Shown here piece after piece: positions 1 to 10,041 of a stretch of 64,000 nt of DNA. Source of the DNA: Lewinellaceae bacterium (GTDB taxonomy: Bacteria > Bacteroidota > Bacteroidia > Chitinophagales > Saprospiraceae); the NCBI GenBank assembly GCA_963837005.1, contig CAWIMC010000021.1, positions 14,880 through 78,879 of the forward strand, written 5' to 3'. A program made the translations under genes and the position numbers. The stretch's first letter is position 1. Each line of letters begins with the position of its first letter. The notes under the pieces are model-generated. The model made no database searches, had not been told where the DNA came from, and saw only the letters and a list, made by a program, of their open reading frames with translations.

Positions 1-14
1 CCTTTCGGTAAAAC

Positions 15-761
15 CTACCGAAATAGTCCCACCACGTACTTTATCTCCAGGCGCAGCGAATTGCTCCCGAAGTGATCATCTAGTCTTAACTCTTTCGCAC
101 CGGTCTGCGTGCCGTAGGTGAAGGTCTTGTCGCCGAAGGCGCGCGCCACGTAGTTGAGGCCTACCTCGACGCGTTGCCCACCCGAGAAAGCCATCGCGTA
201 ACCGCCGGTGAGATTGAGCCCCCGCACGGTGCCCGTTGCCTCGGTGGCGTAGCTGTCGTAAGACCGACCCGAGCCCGAGAACAAGGCAACGATAAACCCG
301 ATCACCCCCTGGCCAGTGCTATAAGCTCCAGGCGCCTGCGGTCGGGCGAATTTTGAATTCACGTTGACTTTATAGCCCTGCTGTACAATGCCAATCCCGC
401 CGAATACACCGGTGTGCTCGCGGCCGCTGTAGAACTTGAGCCGCAACCCGTACATCGCGTTGCTCTGGAGCGTGCCCTCGGTAATGCCGCTCGGGAGGCG
501 CTGGCCGGCGGCGGCGTTGATGTCGCGTTTCCAGCTCCCGCCGCCGACCTCCGCCTCGAGGCTTACGTTCGGGTGTGGATTCTAGCGTACGCCCAGGTCT
601 CCGGAGAGGAAGTCGGAGCCGATACCCGCCGTAATCGTCGCCTCAACCGTTCGGCTAGGGCTCGGGGCCGGACCCTGGGCGTGGAGTGCGAGTTGCAGTA
701 GCGTGGCCGCAAAACCGACGGCGAAGCGGCGGAGGAAAGTAGAAGTCCGGAGGGTCATCAT
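15..761 (-). pseudogene. Outer-membrane beta-barrel (porin/OmpA-like) protein interrupted by an in-frame TAG at 582-584
   Basis: Track ORFs 582..896 and 15..455 are in the same frame. The signal peptide is MMTLRTSTFLRRFAVGFAATLLQLALHAQG. Alternating beta-strand-like sequence continues straight through the amber codon: ...GDLGVR*NPHPNVSLEAEVGGGSWKRDINAAAGQRLPSGITEGTLQSNAMYGLRLKF... The protein ends ...YVVGLFR. Confidence 0.5.
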
Positions 762-1176
762 GGTCGTCGTTCCTTTGGTGAAGCAAAGGTGACCGGGGGC
801 CGGGGCGGGGCCGTGGCGATGTCCGCAACTTCGGCGTGGGGGAGTTGCGGGGAGTGGGAATGGGTTACGCGCGGAAGGGACGGCTGAACCGGCCACGTGG
901 TGACGCCCGGGATGTACCTCGTGCGAGCGGAGTACGCCGACGGTTCGTTTGACGCCGAGCGTATCATCATCGAGTAGCGCTGGCGCTCAGACAGGAAGCC
1001 CGGCCCCGGATTGGTCCGGGTCGGGGCTTTTCAAGGAGGGGTGCTCCGTTCGTCTCCGCCGTTATACTCGCCGCGGCTTCAAAGGTTTTGGCGGAAGCCT
1101 CCACCGCCGTCTCGCCTACGCGAATCCCTTTTATTGCAGGTCGACCGTTTTGGCGGAAGCCCTCTCCTCGCATGTC

Positions 1177-1190
1177 GGCTTTCGCCAAAA
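1177..1190 (+). repeat. Dispersed 15-mer family GGCTTTCGCCAAAAC, exact core copy
   Basis: ggctttcgccaaaa in the intergenic region. It lies 15 bp downstream of an inverted near-copy at 1148-1161 (ttttggcggaagcc), giving potential hairpin geometry. A third near-copy is at 1086-1099. Confidence 0.8.
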
Positions 1191-1394
1191 CTTGGTCCGC
1201 GCGAATCCACGCGGCCTGTGGGAGTATGGGGGTGCTGGACGCTAGACCCGAGAACCGCTCTCGCCGGAGCCCGGAGCCAGCCTAGTCCCCCGTTCGCGGC
1301 ATGCGGCGAGCGCTCTCAAGGACACGACCTGCGCAGGCCGCGGCGCTACCGGGGCCACGGCCCGGAGCCCGGTGCTCGGTAATCTATCTCGACG

Positions 1395-2165
1395 CTATTG
1401 TCGCGTGATTGACCTCTCGCGTTGGATGTCGGCGCTTGGCATCCGCCGGGTTGCGTCCAGTACCGCCATCCAGTGCTGAACTTCCTGGGTCCTCGATCTA
1501 CTCACGGGGATGATCGCGTCGCGGAGATGGAGTCCGCGCACGCTGATCCGCGTGACCGCCCTCATATCAAAGACGTAGCTGCGGTGGGATTGGACGAAGT
1601 AGTCGGGGAGTTTGGCCTGGAGGACACCGAGGGACTCGCGGAGGTGCAGGACGCGTCCGCCGCGGAGGTGCACCTCGACGTAAACGTGGTCCGCCTTGAG
1701 GTAGGCGATGTCGTCGGCTTCGACCGCGGGATGCTCCGGACCCGCGGGCAGCCACGGCAGGGTGGCTGGCGCCCGGGTTCGACGGTGGTTGTGCAGAGCG
1801 ACCTCGATAGAGGACAGCAGGCTCTCGGTCTGGATTGGCTTGACGAGGTAGCCCAGCGGAGCGGTGGCCTTTGCGCGCGCGAGGTGGGCGGCGTCCGACT
1901 GGGACGTGAGGTAGATGAATGGGATGGGCTGCGGGAGTCCGTTTAGGTAGGCCCCGACGTCTATGCCGGACTCCGGGCTATTGATCCGGATGTCGAGCAA
2001 GGCCAGGTCGGGGTAGTGCTCGAGCGCGAGCGCGGTGGCCTCCCGGTACGAGATCGCCTGGCCGACGACGCGGTGGCCCGCCGCGAGAAGGCTACGCTCG
2101 ATCCCGTCGGCGATCAGGACTTCGTCCTCGACGATGAGAATGGTGCCCGGGGCCTGAGTGATCAA
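1395..2165 (-). CDS. LytTR-family two-component response regulator (receiver + LytTR DNA-binding domain)
   Basis: N-terminal receiver motifs (ILIVEDEVLIADGIERSL, LALLDIRINSPESGIDV). The C-terminal LytTR-like region is ...DIAYLKADHVYVEVHLRGGRVLHLRESLGVLQAKLPDYFVQSHRSYV. Overlaps the downstream kinase gene by 4 nt. Confidence 0.85.
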   Translation of the reverse strand: MITQAPGTILIVEDEVLIADGIERSLLAAGHRVVGQAISYREATALALEHYPDLALLDIRINSPESGIDVGAYLNGLPQPIPFIYLTSQSDAAHLARAKATAPLGYLVKPIQTESLLSSIEVALHNHRRTRAPATLPWLPAGPEHPAVEADDIAYLKADHVYVEVHLRGGRVLHLRESLGVLQAKLPDYFVQSHRSYVFDMRAVTRISVRGLHLRDAIIPVSRSRTQEVQHWMAVLDATRRMPSADIQRERSITRQ

Positions 2166-3967
2166 CTATAGTAGGTTTGCTCGAAGGTGATGTCGGCGTA
2201 GGCCCCGTCCGCGGAGCCGCTCGTAACACTGCCCTGCAACTGGCGTACCATGCTACGGACGAGGTAGTGCCCCAGACCCGTCTCGCGGCGGGTGAACTCG
2301 TTGGATGGGTATCCCGGCCCATTATCGCGATAATTCAACTGGAACCGATCGCCGACCGCCCTTACGGTCACCTCGGCGACCAACTGCTGGTGCGGGGTCC
2401 GCGCGTACTTCGAACTGTTGGTCAGTAGCTCCGTGACGATGATCCCGAGCGGGGTCGCGGTCGAGAGGTTGAGCGCGATTGCGTTGGCCCGCACCGAGTA
2501 GTGCAGTTCGCCGAGACCTTGGGTGAGGGTTTGGTGGTGGCCGCAGATGGCCTCGAGGTAGGCCTGCATATCGACGGCGTGCTTGTCGGTTTGTTGGTAG
2601 AGCACGTCGTGGATCGCGGCCATGCTGTAGATGCGATTGGCCATAGCCTGGAGTTTGTCGTGGACTCCGGCATCCGAGATCGTGTCTCGTTGGAGGGCGA
2701 TGAGCGAGATGACGACCTGGAGGTTGTTCTTGACACGGTGGTGAATCTCGCCCTGGAGGTCTTGCTCGCGCGCGAGGGTCGTCTGCAAGACGCGCGCCCG
2801 TTCCTCGGCGGCGAGCTTGAGGCCCCGGACGCTCCTCGTCGAGCGCCGCAGGAGTAGGTACGCCCGCAGCGTTAGGACGAGCAGTCCCGCAATTAGCGCG
2901 GCGAGTCCCCCGGCCAGCCGAAGGCGCCTGCGCGAGGCATCGAGGGCCTCCGCCTGCTCGGTGAGTTCTGCCTCACGGGCATCGGCCTCGTACCGAGCGT
3001 CAAGGGCCAGGACCTTTTCGTTGGATTCGTCCTGCAACACCTCGAGCTCGGCGGCGTGGGCGAGGACGAGGTAGTGCCATGCGGAGTCCAGCCCGCCGGT
3101 GGCGCGGTAGATCTCGGCGCGGGTTCGGTAGCTAAATGCAAACGGCCACCTCGTCTCGTGCCCGCCGGCGAACGACCTCGTTGCCGCGTAAATGGTGGAG
3201 TCGTTGTACTGCAGGGCCTGGTCGTAGCTCCCAAGTTCGACGTAGTACCCGACCGCTCCCGCGATCATAGCGCCGTAGCCGGTCCAGTCCCCGAGCCGCC
3301 GGAAAACCTTCGCTCCCGCGAGTGCGTGCTCGAGTCGGGCCGAATCGGTGCGGCCCTTGAGCAGCAAACCCATTAGCATATGTCCGACGGCCTCTTCTTC
3401 GTCCTGGCGGTAGAGCGGTGCCGTGCGCAGGACTTCATGCGTGTAGTAGATCGCGGAGTCGCGGTCGGCGAAGATGCGGTGGTAAGAGGCAATCCGGATG
3501 CACCACAGCGGATACAGCGTGTCGAGCGCCGGATACTTTGCCAGCAGCCCGCGAGTATAATCGAGGTTTCTCAGGCAGGGGGCGGGCCTGTCGATCTTCT
3601 CGTAGAGTAGTGCAAGTACAATGGCGGCGTTGGCGGCCACATCCCACACCTGCGTGGCCTCGCTCCGGCTACGGACCCGGAGCAGGGCCGCGAGGGCCGC
3701 ACTGTCGCGCTGGTCCTTCTCGAGGGCATCCGCGCGGCGGAACCGTACGCGGAGGCCGAACGGCGAGTCAAACAATGGCGTAGCCTCGAGTTCGCGCGAT
3801 AGGGCGTCGAGGACGAGGAAGGCGCTGTCGTTCTTGAAGGACACCAGTAGCCTCGCGCCCTGATGGTAGCGGGCTTCCTGGGCGGGCGTGGGACTGGACT
3901 GGGCGTAGGTACCTACGGTCGTCAACAGCACCACGGCTAAGAGACTGAGCGCCTTCGTCGGATACAC
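2162..3967 (-). CDS. Sensor histidine kinase (signal peptide, TPR-like periplasmic region, TM helix, HisKA_2-type H-box, HATPase)
   Basis: Signal peptide MYPTKALSLLAVVLLTTVGTYAQ. TM segment LAGGLAALIAGLLVLTLRAYLLL. H-box EIHHRVKNNLQVVISLIALQ followed by an ATPase domain. Forms an operon with the LytTR regulator. Confidence 0.8.
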   Translation of the reverse strand: MYPTKALSLLAVVLLTTVGTYAQSSPTPAQEARYHQGARLLVSFKNDSAFLVLDALSRELEATPLFDSPFGLRVRFRRADALEKDQRDSAALAALLRVRSRSEATQVWDVAANAAIVLALLYEKIDRPAPCLRNLDYTRGLLAKYPALDTLYPLWCIRIASYHRIFADRDSAIYYTHEVLRTAPLYRQDEEEAVGHMLMGLLLKGRTDSARLEHALAGAKVFRRLGDWTGYGAMIAGAVGYYVELGSYDQALQYNDSTIYAATRSFAGGHETRWPFAFSYRTRAEIYRATGGLDSAWHYLVLAHAAELEVLQDESNEKVLALDARYEADAREAELTEQAEALDASRRRLRLAGGLAALIAGLLVLTLRAYLLLRRSTRSVRGLKLAAEERARVLQTTLAREQDLQGEIHHRVKNNLQVVISLIALQRDTISDAGVHDKLQAMANRIYSMAAIHDVLYQQTDKHAVDMQAYLEAICGHHQTLTQGLGELHYSVRANAIALNLSTATPLGIIVTELLTNSSKYARTPHQQLVAEVTVRAVGDRFQLNYRDNGPGYPSNEFTRRETGLGHYLVRSMVRQLQGSVTSGSADGAYADITFEQTYYS

Positions 3968-4438
3968 AGGTTGTCGTCTAGGGATCGCTTGATGACGCGG
4001 GAAGGTAGGGCGGCTCGGTCGGGCGGGCCTCGCGCCGGTTGGTACTTAGGTGGCTGAGATCAGATCGACGAGCCGGACCGTCCAGGGCTACCCTAGGGAG
4101 CCGCAGTGGAGCGAATATTTAAGGCAATGTTCTGAACGGCAACGGAATTTGTCAACCTACTGATTATCAGTTTATTATCGACTCCGTTTAGAACAAACCT
4201 ATGCGTTTAACCGCCGGAAACTCGGCAGATTCAGGGTAGAAACGGTGTGGGAGGGACCTAACGAAGGCTCTGCAATTTGCTAATCGTAAAAAGCGTGCTA
4301 TGTTTGCTATACGATCTCCAGTCTGGCCTGCCTCGCATCGATCCGTCGGATGGCTTCGCCAGCGCCAGTTTCTTCTCTCCGATTGCCAGACCGTGAAAAA
4401 TAGAACTCGACTACGGCATTGTCTTTTGAAAACCTGAG

Positions 4439-6766
4439 ATGTTTACATTGCCTCTCTCAGTTAAACGACAAGTTTCAAACTACCTCATTAATTTTCTTCG
4501 CAGCATGACTACAGTAATACACCAACACCCGGCCTCTGCTAAAAGCACTATCGAATCTGCCTCGCGCAGCAAGGATGTTCGAAGCAGTCACTTGCATGGA
4601 GTCGTGGGCATCTTGCTCATCCTACTTGCTTTTGCTCCTCTCAATACCCAGGCGCAGGGCGGTCCTAATGACTATCGTGCGGTATTTGCCGTCCCAGCTA
4701 ACGGTAGGGTGATTTTTTCCGTTCAAGTCTCGGAAGAAGTTAGCTCGAAACCCTGTAGCTTTTGTGCATTTAGAGGCAATGTAGACTACGAATTTCAAGA
4801 GCGTCCGAACGGGGCAGTAACCCAAGGTTCGTTTACCAGCCTTGATCCGTTTAATTATAAAACTGTGCAAATCACTGGTTTAACGCCTGGCGGGACGGTC
4901 GCCATTGCGTTTGAAGCGGGAGATCTTGCCAGTATACAAAATGGAGGAACGAACGCATCTTCAATTATTGACGTTGAGCAGTGGGGGACAACGCGGTGGA
5001 AATCAATGTTCTACATGTTCTCGAATGCCACTTTGCTTACCGATTTCACAGCCGTTGATCTTCCGGACTTATCTTTTGGACCAAGTCTGTCCGGCATGTT
5101 TAGAAATGCTGATAACTTCAATGGTGAGATTGCCAATTGGGATGTATCTGCGGTGACGGATTTTAGTGGAACGTTTCAGGGAGCGTCTTCCTTTAATCAA
5201 CCTATAGATAGTTGGGACGTCTCTGCGGCTACTAATTTAGCCTTGATGTTCTTCGGCGCCTCCTCTTTTAACCAGCCTATAGGTAGCTGGAACGTGTCTA
5301 ACGTAACCAACATGAACTCCATGCTGCGAGCAGAAGCCTTCAATCAACCAATCGGTGATTGGGATGTATCGAGTGTGCAGGTTATGAGCGGAATGTTTGC
5401 CGGCGCCTTTGCTTTTAACCAGCCCATAGGCGCCTGGGATGTATCCTCAGTAACCACGATGCGTAATATGTTTGACGCTGCACTTACATTTGATCAGCCT
5501 ATTGGCTCTTGGAATGTTTCCGCCGTAACGAATATGGCCAATATGTTTTCAGTTACTGGTTCATTTAACCAGCCGATTGGAGCTTGGAATGTATCTTCTG
5601 TCACCAATATGGATGCAATTTTTGCTCAGACAGCCAGTTTTAACCAGCCTATTGGCGACTGGGATGTATCTTCCGTGACGAGCATGGTTTCCGCCTTCGC
5701 CTTTGCTCGAGCCTTTGATCAACCGCTCAATGATTGGAATGTGTCCTCCGTAACGGATATGAACTCGATGTTTACCTATGCGCCTGTTTTCAATCAACCC
5801 ATTAATGACTGGGATGTGTCTGCGGTGACAAACATGAACAACATGTTCCTGCTTGCCAATGCATTCAACCAGCCAGTTGGAGATTGGGACGTATCAGCTG
5901 TAACAGTTATGACCGGGATGTTTACAAGTCGGCAAGGTAGCTTCGGAAATTCCCCGCAAACCGCCTTTGATCAGGATCTCTCAGCGTGGGCACCGAGGCT
6001 CAACGCCCAGGTCTCTCTATTTGGTATGCTCGACCTCTCCGGGTTGTCTTGTGCGAACTATTCGTCGCTGCTCGTCGCATTAGCGTCCGCCGCACCAGAC
6101 GGCCGTAACTTAGGAAGAGTTGGAGGGTTAGAGTATGGGACCAATGCACAGGCGGCTCGAGACGTGCTAACAGGTACGAAAGGCTGGTCGCTCTCCGATG
6201 ACATTCCTTCAGGCACAAATTGCCAACCATCTCTACCTGCGGAATTAACTAATTTGTCCGTCTTTCGCAGTGATAGAGAGAATCATATCGCATGGGTCAC
6301 AGCTTCTGAATTGGGCACTGTGCACTTTGATGTGGAGCACAGCTCAGACGGGGTCATCTTCAAGTCTATTGGTCGGGTATTGACCATCGGCCTCGATGGT
6401 GGCGGAGCGACATACGGCTTCGACCACGCTACAGCTAGTTCTGGCACACATTATTATCGTCTACGTATCGTGGATGGGGACGGTTTTCAGGATTTGTCCG
6501 ACGTGGTTGCCGTCACTGTGAATAATGGGATCGAAGCTACTCTCGCCATATACCCCAATCCTACTGCCGCCGGTGATGTAGTACACATATTGGGTGCCAA
6601 CGTTGGGGTGCCCGTTGTTATCCTCGACGCGACAGGGCGTCTCGTGTGGCGCGGAATAACCGAGTCCAATGGCGAACTTAGTGGTCTCGAGACCCTTTCT
6701 CAGGGGTACTATCTGATGCGAGTTGAGATCGAGTCCCCAATCGTTTTGCCATTCGTTCAGAATTAG
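4439..6766 (+). CDS. BspA-family leucine-rich-repeat (DUF285-type) surface protein with T9SS C-terminal sorting domain
   Basis: About 11 tandem 25-aa repeats of consensus FNQPIGxW(D/N)VSxVTxMxxMF, the DUF285/BspA LRR type. The C-terminus ...YPNPTAAGDVVHILGANVGVPVVILDATGRLVWRG...GYYLMRVEIESPIV is a typical Por_Secre_tail. Local GC is clearly below the window average. The true start may be at 4505. Confidence 0.8.
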   Translation: MFTLPLSVKRQVSNYLINFLRSMTTVIHQHPASAKSTIESASRSKDVRSSHLHGVVGILLILLAFAPLNTQAQGGPNDYRAVFAVPANGRVIFSVQVSEEVSSKPCSFCAFRGNVDYEFQERPNGAVTQGSFTSLDPFNYKTVQITGLTPGGTVAIAFEAGDLASIQNGGTNASSIIDVEQWGTTRWKSMFYMFSNATLLTDFTAVDLPDLSFGPSLSGMFRNADNFNGEIANWDVSAVTDFSGTFQGASSFNQPIDSWDVSAATNLALMFFGASSFNQPIGSWNVSNVTNMNSMLRAEAFNQPIGDWDVSSVQVMSGMFAGAFAFNQPIGAWDVSSVTTMRNMFDAALTFDQPIGSWNVSAVTNMANMFSVTGSFNQPIGAWNVSSVTNMDAIFAQTASFNQPIGDWDVSSVTSMVSAFAFARAFDQPLNDWNVSSVTDMNSMFTYAPVFNQPINDWDVSAVTNMNNMFLLANAFNQPVGDWDVSAVTVMTGMFTSRQGSFGNSPQTAFDQDLSAWAPRLNAQVSLFGMLDLSGLSCANYSSLLVALASAAPDGRNLGRVGGLEYGTNAQAARDVLTGTKGWSLSDDIPSGTNCQPSLPAELTNLSVFRSDRENHIAWVTASELGTVHFDVEHSSDGVIFKSIGRVLTIGLDGGGATYGFDHATASSGTHYYRLRIVDGDGFQDLSDVVAVTVNNGIEATLAIYPNPTAAGDVVHILGANVGVPVVILDATGRLVWRGITESNGELSGLETLSQGYYLMRVEIESPIVLPFVQN
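5120..5940 (+). repeat. Intragenic tandem array, about 11 x 75 bp (25-aa LRR units)
   Basis: Units begin at about 5197, 5271, 5343, 5418, 5493, 5568, 5643 and 5718. Each begins TTTAACCAGCC(T/G)AT(A/T)GG... Confidence 0.8.
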
Positions 6767-6992
6767 CGCTCGGCGTGCACGAGGTTTAAGGGCCATTTTA
6801 AGTTCTTTGAGCCTCGCGACCTTCGGCCACAGGAAGTTTACTACACGACTCTCGGGTTTTCTTACAAAGTCCATCTACCCGGATGTTGCTTTTCATTCGT
6901 TACTTCTCAAAGTGTGTAGGCATCTGTTGTAACTGTTCAGTACTTCTGCGAGCTAATCTAGCCTAATGCAGTAGTGCATCCGCCCCACACCG

Positions 6993-7597
6993 CTATACAT
7001 TGAGTAAATAAATTGACCTAAATCCGGACATCACTCTTCGGATTATCGTGACCAGGTAGCGGGCGAAAGTGACGAGGTCCACGGTGAACTCCCTCATTCG
7101 GTCGGCGCCGTGCCGCAACGCGGAAGCAGCTTTGTAGACGCGTTTATCTGAACCGTGGGGCTTCATCGGTCTGGCCGTCGCGTGGGTGGCTGACCCTTCG
7201 ATCACCGACCAGATGTAGGCGAATACGACCACCGCGATCAGCAAGTGTCGGCGCTCGGGATCGCCGAGGTTGACGAATTTGAGCTCGAATCCGTTGAACT
7301 TGAGATGCTTGAAGTAGTGCTCGATCTTCCACCGCAGCAGGTACCGCTCGACGGTCGCGTAGGGGCTCTCGTCGAGGGTCGTGATCAGGAGCATCACGCG
7401 CGCCTTGGCCCTTGCCGTCGGGTGGGGGTTGCGCGCGATCACGTACCAGAGCAGCGGGCCGTCGGCGTCGAAGCGGAACGCGAAGCGCTTGGCGCGGTTG
7501 GGCTTGCCGCTCGATTCGACGCTCCGGATCGCCTCGCGCAAGCGGGGTTGACCCGGGCCGGAGGCGTCGACGAAGCTGAAGTGGGCATAGTCGCGAG
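6993..7597 (-). pseudogene. IS4-family (DDE_Tnp_1) transposase, C-terminal portion, split by the IS66 insertion
   Basis: Reads ...RDYAHFSFVDASGPGQPRL...YLLRWKIEHYFKHLKFNGFELKFVNL... The YxxRWxIExxFKxLK block is typical of IS4/IS5 DDE transposases. The reading frame continues across the 8-bp target duplication into 10050-10154. Confidence 0.75.
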
Positions 7598-7656
7598 GTA
7601 AGCGTCTAAGCAACCCCGTCTTGTGAGAGATCTTCGGTGCGCCAAGCTTCACCGGC

Positions 7657-7947
7657 ATGGCAAACCTATCCCACCTCCCCGATCTCTGGCGCCAAAGCGG
7701 CCTATCGCAGCGTGAGTTTTGCGAACGGCAAAACGTCAAACTCGCCACCTTCTCGTACTGGCGCAAGAAACAAATCGACGCCGGTGCCCCTGCGGCAACC
7801 CCAGCCGTGGCATCTCGGACAGCCGGCTTCGCCGAGCTGCACGTCGCCTCCCCCGCGCATGGTGCAACCCCGCCGTCGAACGCAGATCGCGCCATCGAGA
7901 TCACCTTCCCCGACGGCACCCGCGTGAGCATCCCGATGCCCGCCTAA
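7657..7947 (+). CDS. tnpA: IS66 accessory protein TnpA (orf1, HTH)
   Basis: 96 aa: MANLSHLPDLWRQSGLSQREFCERQNVKLATFSYWRKK... First ORF inside the IS66 inverted repeats. Confidence 0.7.
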   Translation: MANLSHLPDLWRQSGLSQREFCERQNVKLATFSYWRKKQIDAGAPAATPAVASRTAGFAELHVASPAHGATPPSNADRAIEITFPDGTRVSIPMPA

Positions 7948-8336
7948 TGCTCGCGCTCTCGCCCCACGTCAAGCTCTACCTCTACGGCGAGCCGTGCGAC
8001 ATGCGCAAGGGCTTCGATGGACTCAGTGGCGTGGTCCGCGCGGCCCTCGGCCGCGAGCCCGACGACGGCGCGGTGTACGTGTTCGTCAACCGTAGGCGCG
8101 ACTAGCTCCCAAGCGGGGCCCCATCCCCATTTGGTCGCAAGCTCCTGACCTGGGAGCCGGAGGGCTTCTCGATCTACTACAAGCGCCTCGAGCGCGGGAC
8201 CCTCGAGCTGCCGAGAACCTCGGTCGACCACGCACACTTAACCATCACCCCCGAGACGCTCGCGCTCATGATCGCGGGCATAAAACTGGAGCGCGTGGAG
8301 CGTCGAGAACGCTACCGGAATGTGCAAAGAACCTAG
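7947..8336 (+). pseudogene. tnpB: IS66 Orf2 / TnpB with an in-frame TAG at 8103-8105
   Basis: MLALSPHVKLYLYGEPCDMRKGFDGLSGVVRAALGREPDDGAVYVFVNRRRD*LPSGAPSPFGRKLLTWEPEGFSIYYKRLERGTLELP... matches the IS66 Orf2 consensus (DMRkgfdgL...FvFxNrRrD.lKiLyWd..Gf.l.yKRLE.G.F.wP). The two halves are in one frame, separated by an amber codon and about 11 extra residues. Confidence 0.7.
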
Positions 8337-8391
8337 CGTTTACTGATGTTTCGGCTAGGTTGAGAGGCATCGATTCCGTACCTTAGTCGCC

Positions 8392-10041
8392 ATGATCCCC
8401 GAAGCACAACACCTGGCCGTCGTCGCCGCGAAGGATGCCGAGATCGCGGCCCTCACCGAGCGCTTGGACGCCCTCGCCGAACAGCTCAGCAAACTCACGC
8501 GCGCCCTGTTCGGTCGCTCCACGGAGCAGCGCTCCGGCGCGGTTAATCTCGACGAGCAACAACTCGGCTTGTTCGGGACCATGCTCCCCGAATCGCCTGC
8601 GGACGTCGAGGACAAGGTCGTGCGGTCACCCAAATCGACCGCTCGCGCACCTCACCCAGGCCGGGCGGCCATCCCGGCACACCTTCCGCGCCGCGTGGAG
8701 GTCATCGACCCGGAGGGCGTCGAGCGCCAGATTACTGAGCAGGGTGGGATTACCTACCCGGGCCACGCGATCCTCGGTACCGAGGTCTCCAAGCGCATCG
8801 TGCTCCTCCCCCAGCAGCTCTACGTGCTGGAGACCCATCGCCCGAAACTGCTGCGCGACTGCACCGACGTGATCGCGGTGGCCGAGTTGCCGGATCGCGT
8901 GATGGCCAAGTCCGTGGCCGACGAGACCCTCGTGGCCGACCTGATCATCAAGAAGTTCGTCGAGCACCTCCCGCTCTACCGCCAGGCCGAGGCCTTCAGG
9001 CGCGACTACGCCTGGGAGGTGTCCCGCGCCACGCTCGGCAACTGGATCGAGCGCGCGGCCACCGCCCTGCGGCCCCTGCGCGACGAGCTGCGGCGCCAGG
9101 TGCTGGCCTCGGGATACATCCAGATGGACGAGTCTGGCATCCTCGTGCTGGCCGACCCAGAGGCGAATGCCGACGGCGGCAAGTCCACGCAGCCCAAACC
9201 CAAATCGCACAAATCGAAGAGCGGCGGTCCGCCCGGCAAAGACGCCCGCCGGCACCAGGGGTACATGTGGCTGGCGCGCGACCCGGTGAGTAAGATGGTC
9301 TCGTTCGAATACAGCAAGGGGCGCGGCCACAGTCTGCCGAAGGAACTGCTCGAAGATTATACTGGCTACCTGCAAGTAGACGGCTGGGGTGCCTACCGCA
9401 CGGCGCTGGCGAAGCTGCACCCGGTGGCCGAGGGCGTGGCTATCGGGCAGACCGAGGAGCAGCCGATCCAGCTGGTCGGCTGCGGGATCCACGTGCGGCG
9501 AAAGTTCTTCGACGCGCAGCTGTCGTTCGCCCGGGCGGCCCACGAGGCGCTCGAGATGTTTAGGCGCATGTACGTCGTGGAGGCGGCGTGCCGGCACATG
9601 ACGCCAGCGGCGCGACTGGCCTATCGCCTGGAGCACCTGGCGCCGGTGATGACCGAGTTCGGGGCGTGGATCGAGCAGTACCGCCACCGGGTGAAGCCGA
9701 AGACCGGGCTCGGCAAGGCGGTGACGTACGCGCTCAATCAGTGGCCGTTGATGCAGGCGGTGCTTAAGGACGGGCGGGTGGAGTTGGACAATAACGGCAT
9801 CGAGAACGAGGTGAGGCGCCTGGCGCTGGGGCGCAACAATTATATGTTCGCGGGGTCACACGGCGGGGCGCAGAATATTGCGGTGCTGTATAGCCTACTG
9901 GCTACGTGTAAGGCGTGCGGGGTCAACGAGCGGGACTGGCTGAACGATGTGCTCAAGCGACTCATGAGCCATCCGATTAAGCGGATCGCGGAGTTGCTGC
10001 CTAATCAGTGGAAGCCACTTGGGCAAAACGGGGTTGCTTAG
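8392..10041 (+). CDS. tnpC: IS66-family transposase TnpC (DDE)
   Basis: 549 aa with a leucine-zipper-like N-terminus, the LFGRSTEQ motif, ...HLPLYRQAE... and the C-terminal block DNNGIENEVRRLALGRNNYMFAGSHGGAQNIAVLYSLLATCKACGVNERDWLNDVL. Confidence 0.9.
   Translation: MIPEAQHLAVVAAKDAEIAALTERLDALAEQLSKLTRALFGRSTEQRSGAVNLDEQQLGLFGTMLPESPADVEDKVVRSPKSTARAPHPGRAAIPAHLPRRVEVIDPEGVERQITEQGGITYPGHAILGTEVSKRIVLLPQQLYVLETHRPKLLRDCTDVIAVAELPDRVMAKSVADETLVADLIIKKFVEHLPLYRQAEAFRRDYAWEVSRATLGNWIERAATALRPLRDELRRQVLASGYIQMDESGILVLADPEANADGGKSTQPKPKSHKSKSGGPPGKDARRHQGYMWLARDPVSKMVSFEYSKGRGHSLPKELLEDYTGYLQVDGWGAYRTALAKLHPVAEGVAIGQTEEQPIQLVGCGIHVRRKFFDAQLSFARAAHEALEMFRRMYVVEAACRHMTPAARLAYRLEHLAPVMTEFGAWIEQYRHRVKPKTGLGKAVTYALNQWPLMQAVLKDGRVELDNNGIENEVRRLALGRNNYMFAGSHGGAQNIAVLYSLLATCKACGVNERDWLNDVLKRLMSHPIKRIAELLPNQWKPLGQNGVA

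Noticed and set aside
8626-9687. Long antisense ORFs opposite real genes. Examples: 8626..9687(-), 12988..14670(+), 13343..14053(-), 19485..20282(-), 24162..24974(+), 25020..25943(+), 34017..34964(-), 38999..39607(-), 40422..41581 (several), 45885..46832(-), 59264..60403(-), 60503..61288(-).
   Set aside because: These are typical high-GC shadow ORFs with Arg/Gly/Pro/Asp-rich low-complexity translations. Each overlaps a strongly supported gene on the other strand.
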